Below are positions 38,006 through 46,961 of a stretch of 64,000 bases of DNA, in pieces (position 1 is the stretch's first letter; each line of letters begins with the position of its first letter). Source of the DNA: Candidatus Omnitrophota bacterium (lineage in GTDB: Bacteria > Omnitrophota > Gorgyraeia > Zapsychrales > Zapsychraceae); contig JAJDCA010000068.1 of NCBI GenBank assembly GCA_029261055.1, forward strand, positions 133,275 to 197,274, in the 5' to 3' direction. Position numbers and translations under genes: made by a program. The notes beneath the pieces were generated by a model. It was not told where the DNA came from and searched no databases. It saw nothing but the letters and a program-made list of their open reading frames with translations.

Positions 38006-38763
38006 TATTTTTCTCCTAATTCTTCGACAAGCTTAACAATATCACCGCTGTAAGTTTCGACAGCATCAGAAATTTCCTGAACCCTTCCTCTAAAATATGT
38101 GTAAAACAACATGACTGGAATCGCAACAATTAAACCAGCGGCGGTTGTGACCATAGCTTTAGAAACACCCCCAGCCAACAAAATAGGTTTAACTACCGCG
38201 GACTGAAAAGCAATCACATTAAACGCCTGAATCATGCCCAAAACCGTTCCTAAAAGACCGATCAATGGGGCTACAGCGGCGATGTCAGCCAAATAACTAA
38301 TATTTTGCCAAAGACGTGCCACTTCTTTTTGCGCACAATTTTCCATGGCCTCACGCGCGAAAACCTTACCTCTTCCCTTCTTTTCTATTCCAGCAATAAC
38401 AATTCGGCTAATCAAATTATGTTTACTGGAATAACACTGCCCCTTTACGCTACGCTCTTCGTTATCTTCTAATTTCTGAATAATTTCTTCCGTAAATTTT
38501 TGTGGAAGGATTTTACTCATTTTCAATGTCATAAAATTATAAACAATAAAAGATAAAGACACAAAAGAAAGAACCCCCAAAACAATCATGATGAAACCGC
38601 CGGTTTTAATTGTCTCCCACAGAGTCATCCCTTCTTTAGTCTGCTCTAAAGATTCAATGTACGGCTGCACATCTCCCGTCGCGCTAAAGACCTCTTGCCC
38701 TCCGACAAAAAATAGCAATCCCCCTAAAACTAAAACCATTAAATTTTTAAAACTCATCCTCAA
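38005..38763 (-). CDS. ExbB/TolQ/MotA-family proton channel (second copy, with N-terminal periplasmic extension)
   Basis: Signal/anchor, then three TM helices with ...APLIGLLGTVLGMI... and ...AMVTTAAGLIVAIP... conserved stretches. Confidence 0.75.
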   Translation of the reverse strand: MRMSFKNLMVLVLGGLLFFVGGQEVFSATGDVQPYIESLEQTKEGMTLWETIKTGGFIMIVLGVLSFVSLSFIVYNFMTLKMSKILPQKFTEEIIQKLEDNEERSVKGQCYSSKHNLISRIVIAGIEKKGRGKVFAREAMENCAQKEVARLWQNISYLADIAAVAPLIGLLGTVLGMIQAFNVIAFQSAVVKPILLAGGVSKAMVTTAAGLIVAIPVMLFYTYFRGRVQEISDAVETYSGDIVKLVEELGEK

Positions 38764-38875
38764 GCTCCTTTCAAGTTCCGCTATTTTAAACGGAAAATTT
38801 TAGTCATCAGACTTCAGACACCAGTCGTCAGTATTTTGTTTTCACTGATGCCTGATGGCTGACGACTTAAAGTTC

Positions 38876-41800
38876 CTAATAAATATTCAACCTAATTTCT
38901 TCTTTCACAGATGGTGTAGGGCCATTAATCTTATGAACATGCGTGGCTCTTTCCAAAAATATTACCGATTGTTTCTCATGCCCCAGCGCCTTCAGACTTA
39001 ATCCCAAATGATAATACGCTTCCGCATGATGTGAATTCTTATTAAGACATTCTTGAAAATAAAAAACAGCTTTCTTAAATTGTTTAAGCTTGAATGCCGT
39101 AATACCTAAATAATAATAGAAAAAATCTTCTTCACTAAACCCTGACGATGTAGCATACTCCGCAATACGCACGACTTCCGCATAATTTTTAAGTTGAAGT
39201 TGGCTTAAAATAAGCATCTTGTAACAGTCTCGATAACCTTCTTTTAGTTGATTTTTTAATTGTTCCCTATCCGTTATTCTTTGCGCCGATAAAATAGGCC
39301 GATACACCTTAGACTCCTGAACAAACTGCGAAGTTTTTCCTACATCGCTCGTCACAGCTTTACCAAGAGAAACGGCAGCTTCTTGATATTGATCATTTTT
39401 AAAATACACAACGCCTAAATTGTACCAGAACCAAAAGAAATCAGGATTTAAATAAATAGCCTTATTGTAATAATCTATCGCTTTATCATAATTCCCTAAA
39501 TGGTAATGACAAAAACCGAGAAGGCCGTAAGCTGCAGACCGTGAAGGCATGTATTGATTAATTTTTTCATAATATTTAACCTGCTTTTTTAACTCTTCCT
39601 TATCAAAGTTTTTTTGATTCTTAAAAACATAAGCTAAGTAATCAGGATTAACATAGAATTCATTTAATTCTTTTACTTTATTCTGCGCCTTTACCTTTTT
39701 TTTGTCAAATACAGCATACGCTATCAAAAACATCACCACATACAATATCACCACACGCTTGCCAATACAGGCAACCGCACGAATAACCTTATTATTTCTC
39801 CATTTCGATGATCCTATTTTTCCCGCCACACCCTCTGATTCCAATAAAACGTCTTCACTCTCTTCTTCCACTAAAGCTGCAGACTTTTTCCGCATAACAT
39901 AACTCTTCCCCGCAAGAAAAAATAGAGCTAAACAAACGCCAAGAGACACAAAGATATTAACATAATTCAAAGTATGCCGCCAAATCGATCCAAAACGCAA
40001 ATGCACGACATTTTTACCAGCGGGAACCCATACCCCTTTAAACGCAATATTGGCCCGCCAGATAGAAGTTTTTTCCCCGTTAACAAAAGCATTCCACCCT
40101 CTATGGTAAACATCATTGTAAACAAGAAATTTTCGCGTATCAAAATCAGTTTCAAATTTAATAAAATTTACACCGTAACTCACAAGAGCTTCGTCTGACA
40201 AAAACTGTGGATGGGGATCAACAGGGGCCACATCTTTATTCAGATAGTGTTCCTGATGGTCGTCAAAAACAAAAGCTACATTTTCATATTGTTCAAAAGC
40301 CCGTTCAATCCGTTTATGGTCTAATTGCTTCTCATTGACAACTTCGACACGATCATAAACCCGTAACTTTGCTCTTTTAAGCGCCTCGATAGATTTAGAA
40401 TTAAAATCTCTGTGTAACGAATCCCACCATCTCATCCCAAAATAAATAGGAAAAGTTTTTTTAATCTTAGGCTCTAAAGGGTCGATCTTAAGATTTTTTA
40501 TTTTTTCCTCTACGGAGAATAGATACTCTTTACTTTCAAAAGGATTTTCTAAATATGGCATTAAATAAGGACCATATCGAAAATTTTGTCGGTCAATTTT
40601 AGTCGCATTGTCCTGGTAGTAATGAAAAACTTGCAAAGGTTGCATCACAATAAGAATAAATAAAGGAAAAATAAAGAAAAATACGCCTTTTTTACCACTC
40701 CAGACGTAATACATAAAATACAAACAACTTAAAAAAAGTACGCCATATGTCGTGACAATAGCATTTTTCTGAGCGTAAACCATAAAGGCAACTAAGACGT
40801 GCAGAAAAATAAGCACAGCTAAACAACCATATTTGGCCTTTTTAGTCTGAGGACGATAGTGGATAAGTAAACGAAATTGTTCGACCAAAAATAATATGGT
40901 CACAGGCAACATCAATAACCACAAAAAATTGGTTAAATTACGAAAATATCTAAAAAAGAAAACATGTTTATGTAAAAAAGCAAAAAAAGGTGCTTCAGTA
41001 GAACTTATTAAAAAAGTTCCAAACCCTAAAAGAGCAAAGAAAATAAGCCTTCGATTTACAGAAAGACCCAGACCAAATACAAAAATCAGCAAAGCAAATA
41101 ACGGGACATACAACATTTCAAGGTTTGCTTTATGTAAATCAGGAAAAATTTTCTCAAATTGAAGCTTCGTAATAATCCCCGGTTCTGTGACCCTACGCGT
41201 TGACACCTCCAAAACATTCATATCCAACAGCCCAACCTTGCCAATAAAATCAGCCGCCTGTCGACCCGCGAGGACAAAATCGCCCTTTCCTCCATCCAAA
41301 TAAAAAAGAACCCCTGGAAGAAGAGACAAAATAAAAGCCACCAAACAACAACAAACAAAAATTTTATTACTCTTCAAAAACTGAAAACACCGCAGAATAA
41401 ATTCCTTTAAATACCGAAAATACACAAGCGCAAAAACAATCAAAAACGACAAAAAAATCGTCAAAAAGTAAAAAGGAATGTATGTCGAGATGATGAGCAT
41501 TGAACAAAACGTCAACCCGAGAAAATTCTGTTTCTCCTGTTTTTCAAAAAATGCCATCAGAAAATAAAAAAACCACACAAAGGGAACGAACAAAAGAATA
41601 ATGTAGTTAAAAAAAAGTAAGGTTCCTAAACTAGAAAATAATAAAAGTAAAAAAGCTGTTATGGCTGCATAGGTATCACGAAAAATACGCCTTGCTAAAA
41701 GGTAAAAACCTATCATTCCGATAAAAAAATAAATCGCTAAAAACCAAAGGTATCCATAAGTGTACGGGATATCAGCGCTATTGTTCGCTGCCCTATCCAC

Positions 41801-42103
41801 AAAACAGTCAAAGAATGCCTCTAAAGGAATGATTAAAAAAAAGAAAGGATTCGGGGCTCCGATCCTACGCATAAAAAATTCGGCAGGGACGCCTCCTTGC
41901 CGAGTAGATTCCCACATAGGATAAATACCTCGACGGATATTTTCTATGTAAAAATCAATATGTTCGTAATAAGAAATGGCATCTGCAACAAGAGGAGATT
42001 TATTGAAGAAATAATTGCGGAACGAAAATGCCCACAAAACAAAAGAAAAAACGATCAAAACCCAAATGGCTTTGGAATGATTGGAATGGAAAGACAACTT
42101 CAT
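38876..42103 (-). CDS. 1075-aa polytopic membrane protein (~700 aa, at least 14 TM) fused to C-terminal TPR module; GT-C/TMTC-like glycosyltransferase candidate
   Basis: Hydrophobic N-terminal two thirds. C-terminal TPR block paralogous to 3054..4808 and 12092..13099. 4-nt ATGA overlap with the upstream PKD gene. Confidence 0.5.
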   Translation of the reverse strand: MKLSFHSNHSKAIWVLIVFSFVLWAFSFRNYFFNKSPLVADAISYYEHIDFYIENIRRGIYPMWESTRQGGVPAEFFMRRIGAPNPFFFLIIPLEAFFDCFVDRAANNSADIPYTYGYLWFLAIYFFIGMIGFYLLARRIFRDTYAAITAFLLLLFSSLGTLLFFNYIILLFVPFVWFFYFLMAFFEKQEKQNFLGLTFCSMLIISTYIPFYFLTIFLSFLIVFALVYFRYLKEFILRCFQFLKSNKIFVCCCLVAFILSLLPGVLFYLDGGKGDFVLAGRQAADFIGKVGLLDMNVLEVSTRRVTEPGIITKLQFEKIFPDLHKANLEMLYVPLFALLIFVFGLGLSVNRRLIFFALLGFGTFLISSTEAPFFAFLHKHVFFFRYFRNLTNFLWLLMLPVTILFLVEQFRLLIHYRPQTKKAKYGCLAVLIFLHVLVAFMVYAQKNAIVTTYGVLFLSCLYFMYYVWSGKKGVFFFIFPLFILIVMQPLQVFHYYQDNATKIDRQNFRYGPYLMPYLENPFESKEYLFSVEEKIKNLKIDPLEPKIKKTFPIYFGMRWWDSLHRDFNSKSIEALKRAKLRVYDRVEVVNEKQLDHKRIERAFEQYENVAFVFDDHQEHYLNKDVAPVDPHPQFLSDEALVSYGVNFIKFETDFDTRKFLVYNDVYHRGWNAFVNGEKTSIWRANIAFKGVWVPAGKNVVHLRFGSIWRHTLNYVNIFVSLGVCLALFFLAGKSYVMRKKSAALVEEESEDVLLESEGVAGKIGSSKWRNNKVIRAVACIGKRVVILYVVMFLIAYAVFDKKKVKAQNKVKELNEFYVNPDYLAYVFKNQKNFDKEELKKQVKYYEKINQYMPSRSAAYGLLGFCHYHLGNYDKAIDYYNKAIYLNPDFFWFWYNLGVVYFKNDQYQEAAVSLGKAVTSDVGKTSQFVQESKVYRPILSAQRITDREQLKNQLKEGYRDCYKMLILSQLQLKNYAEVVRIAEYATSSGFSEEDFFYYYLGITAFKLKQFKKAVFYFQECLNKNSHHAEAYYHLGLSLKALGHEKQSVIFLERATHVHKINGPTPSVKEEIRLNIY

Positions 42104-43842
42104 CGAATGGTAAATACCGGTACTGGTGTTGTGTTCACCTCAGCCACAAAACTTGATGAAGACTGGCTACAAGAGGTGCCTGAATTATCATCTACGGTTA
42201 ATGTAATATTGTACGTCCCACTTTTCACATACGTATGCCCAACGGCAACACCGTTGGTTTTGGCACCATCGCCAAAATCCCAAGAATATGTCAAGTGGTC
42301 TCCATCGGGGTCACTTGATGCAGAAGCGTTAAACCGGGTCGCAACTCCGACACAACAGGCTAGATTTGGACCGATGTCTGCCACAGGGGGTGTATTAACT
42401 TTAATCGTAGCCGCAGCAGTAGCCGTAGAACAAGCTGAACCTCTTCCATCATCCACAATCACGCTAACCCGGTAATTACCGCCCTGCTTGTAATCATGGG
42501 CCACTTTCGCACCCCCATGTAAAATGGTGCCGTCGCCAAAGCTCCAATAATACTCTAAAGCATCGCCATCCGGATCAGAGGCTGAGGTTGCATCAAAGAA
42601 AACCTGATTCCCCAAACACACCGACTCAACTGTTTTAATGGAAACCGAAGGGGCTGCATTTACCGTTACCGTCCGGGTATCTCTTGATGGCGGACACATG
42701 GTATTCAATTCATTAGCTATTGAAACGCTGGCCTGATATTGACCGGGTTTCTTGTATCGGTAGCTCACTTTTAATCCTTCTGCTGACTTTCCATCTCCAA
42801 AAAACCACTTCGCTGACAGGGTTCCTTTTTTGTAAGCATACGAGCTCGTCCCATCAAAAAGAACATCTTCACCGCTACAAACCGTCACATCATCACCGGC
42901 ATGGGCTTCCGGAGCTTTATTTAATTTAACAGTCACAAAATCTACGCCTGTGCCACATTCCAAATTTGTATTATCTTTTACAATAAGCTTTGCATCGTAA
43001 TTGCCTAACTGAGAATATTTATGTGTTACCTTAACCCCTGTGTCTTTATGCCCATCTCCAAAATCCCACAAATAAATTAATGTGTCATTATTCGCATCAC
43101 GCGTCCCGGAAGCATCAAAGGATACCGTCATATCTTTTTCAGCACTAACACATTTAAAAACTTGTTCTTCACCCGCTTCGGCAACCGGAGGCTCATTCAC
43201 ATTAATAACCTTCTCTACCGTGTGACGGCTGCAGTCGGTATTTGCTTTATCATCTACAGTTAAAGTCACCTTGTATTTACCGCCCCGCACAAAAGATTTT
43301 GTTACACGTTTTTTTCCTTTTAATAGAGTGCCATCTCCTAAATCCCATTCATAAGCTAATTTTCTACGCCCATCATCGTAACTATCCCCGGCATCTAAAA
43401 CAATAGATTGATTAACACAAGCAAATTCATCCGCAGAAAAAGCCGCAAAAGGAGGAATATTCGCCCTTACTGTTTGAGTACTTTTAGCTACACTACATTC
43501 CAACCCGGAGTTATCTGCAATACTTAACACCACTTTGTAATCTCCTGATTTTTCGTAGACATGTGTAGCAACGGGTTGTGTACTTGTGTTGCCGTCTCCA
43601 AAATTCCAGAAAAAAGAAATCTCCTCTTTATCCGGGTCATACGAACTGCTGGCATCAAACGTAAATTCATTACATTTTAAAGAAGTGATGGGTTGACTGG
43701 AGACCCCTTGATTCCGCTTGCTTACTTGCGCAAAGGCTGCAGTGTGAAGAGTTAAAAATGTACTGCTTAAAAATAAAATTACTAAAAAATTATTAAATAA
43801 ATTTAAATTGCGTTTCATAAAAACCTCTCTGCTATTTTTCAT
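42100..43842 (-). CDS. secreted protein with six tandem PKD domains
   Basis: Signal peptide. Six repeats of W(x)FGDG...H.Y...G.Y.V.L.V.D (e.g. FWNFGDGNTSTQPVATHVYEKSGDYKVVLSIADNSG). Confidence 0.75.
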   Translation of the reverse strand: MKNSREVFMKRNLNLFNNFLVILFLSSTFLTLHTAAFAQVSKRNQGVSSQPITSLKCNEFTFDASSSYDPDKEEISFFWNFGDGNTSTQPVATHVYEKSGDYKVVLSIADNSGLECSVAKSTQTVRANIPPFAAFSADEFACVNQSIVLDAGDSYDDGRRKLAYEWDLGDGTLLKGKKRVTKSFVRGGKYKVTLTVDDKANTDCSRHTVEKVINVNEPPVAEAGEEQVFKCVSAEKDMTVSFDASGTRDANNDTLIYLWDFGDGHKDTGVKVTHKYSQLGNYDAKLIVKDNTNLECGTGVDFVTVKLNKAPEAHAGDDVTVCSGEDVLFDGTSSYAYKKGTLSAKWFFGDGKSAEGLKVSYRYKKPGQYQASVSIANELNTMCPPSRDTRTVTVNAAPSVSIKTVESVCLGNQVFFDATSASDPDGDALEYYWSFGDGTILHGGAKVAHDYKQGGNYRVSVIVDDGRGSACSTATAAATIKVNTPPVADIGPNLACCVGVATRFNASASSDPDGDHLTYSWDFGDGAKTNGVAVGHTYVKSGTYNITLTVDDNSGTSCSQSSSSFVAEVNTTPVPVFTIR

Positions 43843-43900
43843 AAAATCCCTTCATAATCTTGCCCCAGTATACCATAAAATTTTTAAAGTCTACTTAAAA

Positions 43901-45184
43901 TTATTTTAAAATTCCTTCAACATTATCGTCTAAAATTTTTTGAAATTCAACGGGGCACACTTTATTTGTTAGGTCTTGTGCGGCAAGGACATTGACGCGT
44001 ACATAATTATCCGTCAACCCTGTCCAGGCGCCTTTTTTCTGCTGTTCAAAGAGTACATTTTGTGTTGTGCCGCATAAAGAGGAATAAAAAAGATGACGTT
44101 TGCGCTGACTTAATGTACGTAAAATTTTACTGCGCTGACTAATTAGAGAAGAAGGAACTTCTCCTGCCAGCTTTCTTCCCTTAGCCATATTCCGCTTTGA
44201 ATAGCTGAAAACGTGAAAATACTGCATCGGTAAATCTTTGATCTGCCTAACGGCCCCCTCAAAAAGAGACTCTGTTTCCCCTGGAAAACCGACAATAATG
44301 TCCGTACCTAAACAAATTTGGGGAATAGCCGCATGAGCGGCCGTAATCCAATCCTTAAATTGGTCAAATGTGTAATTGCGTTTCATGGACTTTAGAATAA
44401 CATCCTGACTACTCTGTAAAGGAATATGCAAATGCCGACACAACTTGGTTCTCCCGGCCATTTTGGCAATCAATTTCTCAGGAATCGTTGTGGGTTCAAT
44501 TGATGAAATACGGATCCTTTCGACACCTGAAATCTGCTCTAAAGATTCAATGACATCCATCAAAGTAAACCCCTTGTAGCCGTACGTGCCCACATTAATA
44601 CCTGTAATGACCAATTCTTTGTGCCCGGCTGCTGCTAAGATCGTCGCTTCTTTAGAAATATCCTCAAACACGCGACTTCGTGCTCGACCACGCGCATAGG
44701 GAATCTCACAAAATGAACAAAAAAAGTCGCACCCATCCTGAATTTTAATATTAACCCGCGTATGTTTACGATCAATACCTGCCATTGGAATCGTAAAACT
44801 GTCTTTCCCTATTGGAGGCGTAATGACTTCCGGCGGAGCGTCTAAGTCTGCATCTTTGAGAATATGGACAATGTCCATTTTGCGGGCATTGCCCACCACC
44901 CAACGGACATTCGGTAACTTGGTCAATTGTTCGCGTTGAACCTGAGCCTGACATCCCACAAGCGCAATACGGGCTTTGGGATTAATACGGTTCACTTTGT
45001 TCACAAGACGTCGCGTGTCGGCGTCGCCATTTTCCGTGACTGTGCAGGTATTAATCACCACCACATCGGCTGGCTCCTGAAAATCTACAATACGATATCC
45101 CACCGACTCAAACGTCCGCTCAATCACCGCCGTCTCACTCTGATTCAAACGACAGCCTAATGTGTAAAAAGATATTTTATTCAT
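43901..45184 (-). CDS. MiaB-like tRNA methylthiotransferase (MtaB/RimO family radical SAM)
   Basis: N-terminal MTTase domain (FYTLGCRLNQSE), radical SAM CDFFCSFC, C-terminal TRAM-like region; 427 aa fits MtaB. Confidence 0.7.
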   Translation of the reverse strand: MNKISFYTLGCRLNQSETAVIERTFESVGYRIVDFQEPADVVVINTCTVTENGDADTRRLVNKVNRINPKARIALVGCQAQVQREQLTKLPNVRWVVGNARKMDIVHILKDADLDAPPEVITPPIGKDSFTIPMAGIDRKHTRVNIKIQDGCDFFCSFCEIPYARGRARSRVFEDISKEATILAAAGHKELVITGINVGTYGYKGFTLMDVIESLEQISGVERIRISSIEPTTIPEKLIAKMAGRTKLCRHLHIPLQSSQDVILKSMKRNYTFDQFKDWITAAHAAIPQICLGTDIIVGFPGETESLFEGAVRQIKDLPMQYFHVFSYSKRNMAKGRKLAGEVPSSLISQRSKILRTLSQRKRHLFYSSLCGTTQNVLFEQQKKGAWTGLTDNYVRVNVLAAQDLTNKVCPVEFQKILDDNVEGILK

Positions 45185-45191
45185 AAATTAA

Positions 45192-45260
45192 TGGGCATGA
45201 TGACTCCTGCCCCTACGAACGACTCGCCCCACCCTGCGTACGGGCATGATTCATCATGCC
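45192..45260. repeat. 65-69 bp palindromic element (gggcatgatga.tc.tgcccctac ... gtacgg.catgattcatcatgccc), copy 1
   Basis: Near-identical copy at 46589..46651 in the same orientation; the two copies bracket gene 45263..46549. Confidence 0.7.
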
Positions 45261-45262
45261 CA

Positions 45263-46549
45263 TTATTGATTAATTATTCCTCTAATCCACTCAATCCCCT
45301 TTGTAATCCCCGCACACGTCGCCTTCACACAAGAATCAAATGGCGCATAGGACGTCTTACCTTTAGTGTGGTACTCTTCTATTAAGTGGATATTTTCTTC
45401 CATTGAAGGGTTTTCTAATCTTTCCTCAATGGCAGCTTCTTTCCCTAAATATTCTTCCCCATAAAATTTTATTTCTTCCCGCACGTACGTCCCATCTTTC
45501 TGTTTTACAGAACACAAGATTTTCACGGCCCGTTGAATCGGAAAGGCCAACGTCCCCTCTAACCCATTGCGAATAATGATGATACCAGGGAAACCTGCTC
45601 GTTCGGCAATAGTCAACATTTTTTCACCATATGGAGGATGAAAGGCCGAGGCAATAACAATTTGGGCATTCACAGGATTCACAAACCGTTCCAATGTAGA
45701 CATAAACGGACGTTTGACAGTTTGCCGCCGTAGATCCACCCACCGGTCCATGGCCTGGGACATGTCCAATTGATGAAGATACCAACCAAAGGATGGTTTA
45801 GCTTTTGCCAACCCCTTCCTACTCTTTAATCTCAATGTCGCATCCAGATCCTGTTGCGCATCTACAAAACCCGACAAATTATTTCCAAACTTTGGCCCGC
45901 TATTGCGCCCCATCAAATTCACCACGCGGTAACCCAAACCTTGCACATGACGTGCCAATAGCGGCGTGACAAAATACGAACGTTTCACACCATCAAAAGG
46001 TTCTGCAATCTGAACAATCGGTTCGCCGTCTGGAATTTCTTCCTGAAAAGGTAATTCAATCGTTGTCTGCAAACTCGCTAAAAGCCCTTCAAATTCATCC
46101 GGCGTTTCGTAACGGACACGCAAAACACTTGCCGCCAATCCTCTCAATCCATCACCAGGCAATGCGGAAAAAAGAAAATCCCCCAATTGTTGAGATGTAT
46201 CCTTGTCTAAAGTTTCTTTTTTTAAAATACGCGCACACAAAGCTTGGATATTAGCCGGGGCATCCGATGCAAGAGCTTTGACAAAAATAGAGTAATCTTC
46301 AAACGCTCCCGCAGGAAAAGCATCAGCCAAAAATTTTTCCTCTTCGGTAACACCCTTAATAAATAAAGCCCCAAAAAAAGCTCCCTTAGCTGCGGCCAGC
46401 ACATGCCCCTCTCTAAACTCACCCAAAATACGCTGAACAAGTTCCGCCGAAAGCGATTTACTCCCGCGCTTGCCCACACCAATTGTCTTTATCCCTTCGA
46501 CGACGGCTGATTGTAAATTTTCTTGAAACATGGGGCCTATTTTACGCAT
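45263..46549 (-). CDS. TrpD-like (glycosyl transferase family 3 fold) protein lacking the canonical GTGGD motif; function unknown
   Basis: N-terminal helical domain LSAELVQRILGEFREGHVLAAAKGAFFGALFIKGVTEEE resembles the TrpD/YbiB N-domain. No obvious catalytic GTGGD. Confidence 0.35.
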   Translation of the reverse strand: MRKIGPMFQENLQSAVVEGIKTIGVGKRGSKSLSAELVQRILGEFREGHVLAAAKGAFFGALFIKGVTEEEKFLADAFPAGAFEDYSIFVKALASDAPANIQALCARILKKETLDKDTSQQLGDFLFSALPGDGLRGLAASVLRVRYETPDEFEGLLASLQTTIELPFQEEIPDGEPIVQIAEPFDGVKRSYFVTPLLARHVQGLGYRVVNLMGRNSGPKFGNNLSGFVDAQQDLDATLRLKSRKGLAKAKPSFGWYLHQLDMSQAMDRWVDLRRQTVKRPFMSTLERFVNPVNAQIVIASAFHPPYGEKMLTIAERAGFPGIIIIRNGLEGTLAFPIQRAVKILCSVKQKDGTYVREEIKFYGEEYLGKEAAIEERLENPSMEENIHLIEEYHTKGKTSYAPFDSCVKATCAGITKGIEWIRGIINQ

Positions 46550-46588
46550 ATTAATGGATAAAGCAAATAATTTAATAAAGACCTTTAA

Positions 46589-46651
46589 AGGGCATGATGA
46601 ATCATGCCCCTACAAGCGACATTCCCCGTACGGTCATGATTCATCATGCCC
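46589..46651. repeat. 65-bp palindromic element, copy 2
   Basis: See 45192..45260. Confidence 0.7.
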
Positions 46652-46671
46652 TAATATTGACACCTACCCAT

Positions 46672-46828
46672 GAAATTGCCCCGTGGGGCAAAAACACAAC
46701 TTAGACAAACATCTACATCTAAGAAATACAGATGCGCGTACGAACTTTCTAAAAAACTAAAGCTCCGTCGCTATTACTGTAAGTTATTACTACGAATACA
46801 TTCCTTAGTTGTGAAATTGCCCCGCGGG
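46672..46828. repeat. two copies of a 20-bp palindrome gaaattgccccg(t/c)ggggcaa, 135 bp apart, upstream of dusB
   Basis: 46672-46695 and 46806-46828. A third partial gaattgcccc lies at 46951 just before the dusB ATG. Confidence 0.6.
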
Positions 46829-46961
46829 GCAACTTCATATCTACATAAAATAAATAAATATTTGTAAATATTTAGCAGATAGCGTGAAAAATGGCTTAGA
46901 CAATCCTCCGAGAATTTGTTTACGGTTGCAATTCTCTACACATTCCATTAGAATTGCCCCC

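Noticed and set aside
46650-46880. Possible tRNA or small RNA gene in the 230-bp gap before dusB
   Set aside because: No T-arm GGTTCGAATCC-like motif or cloverleaf-compatible stems. Only the two 20-bp palindromes reported as repeats.
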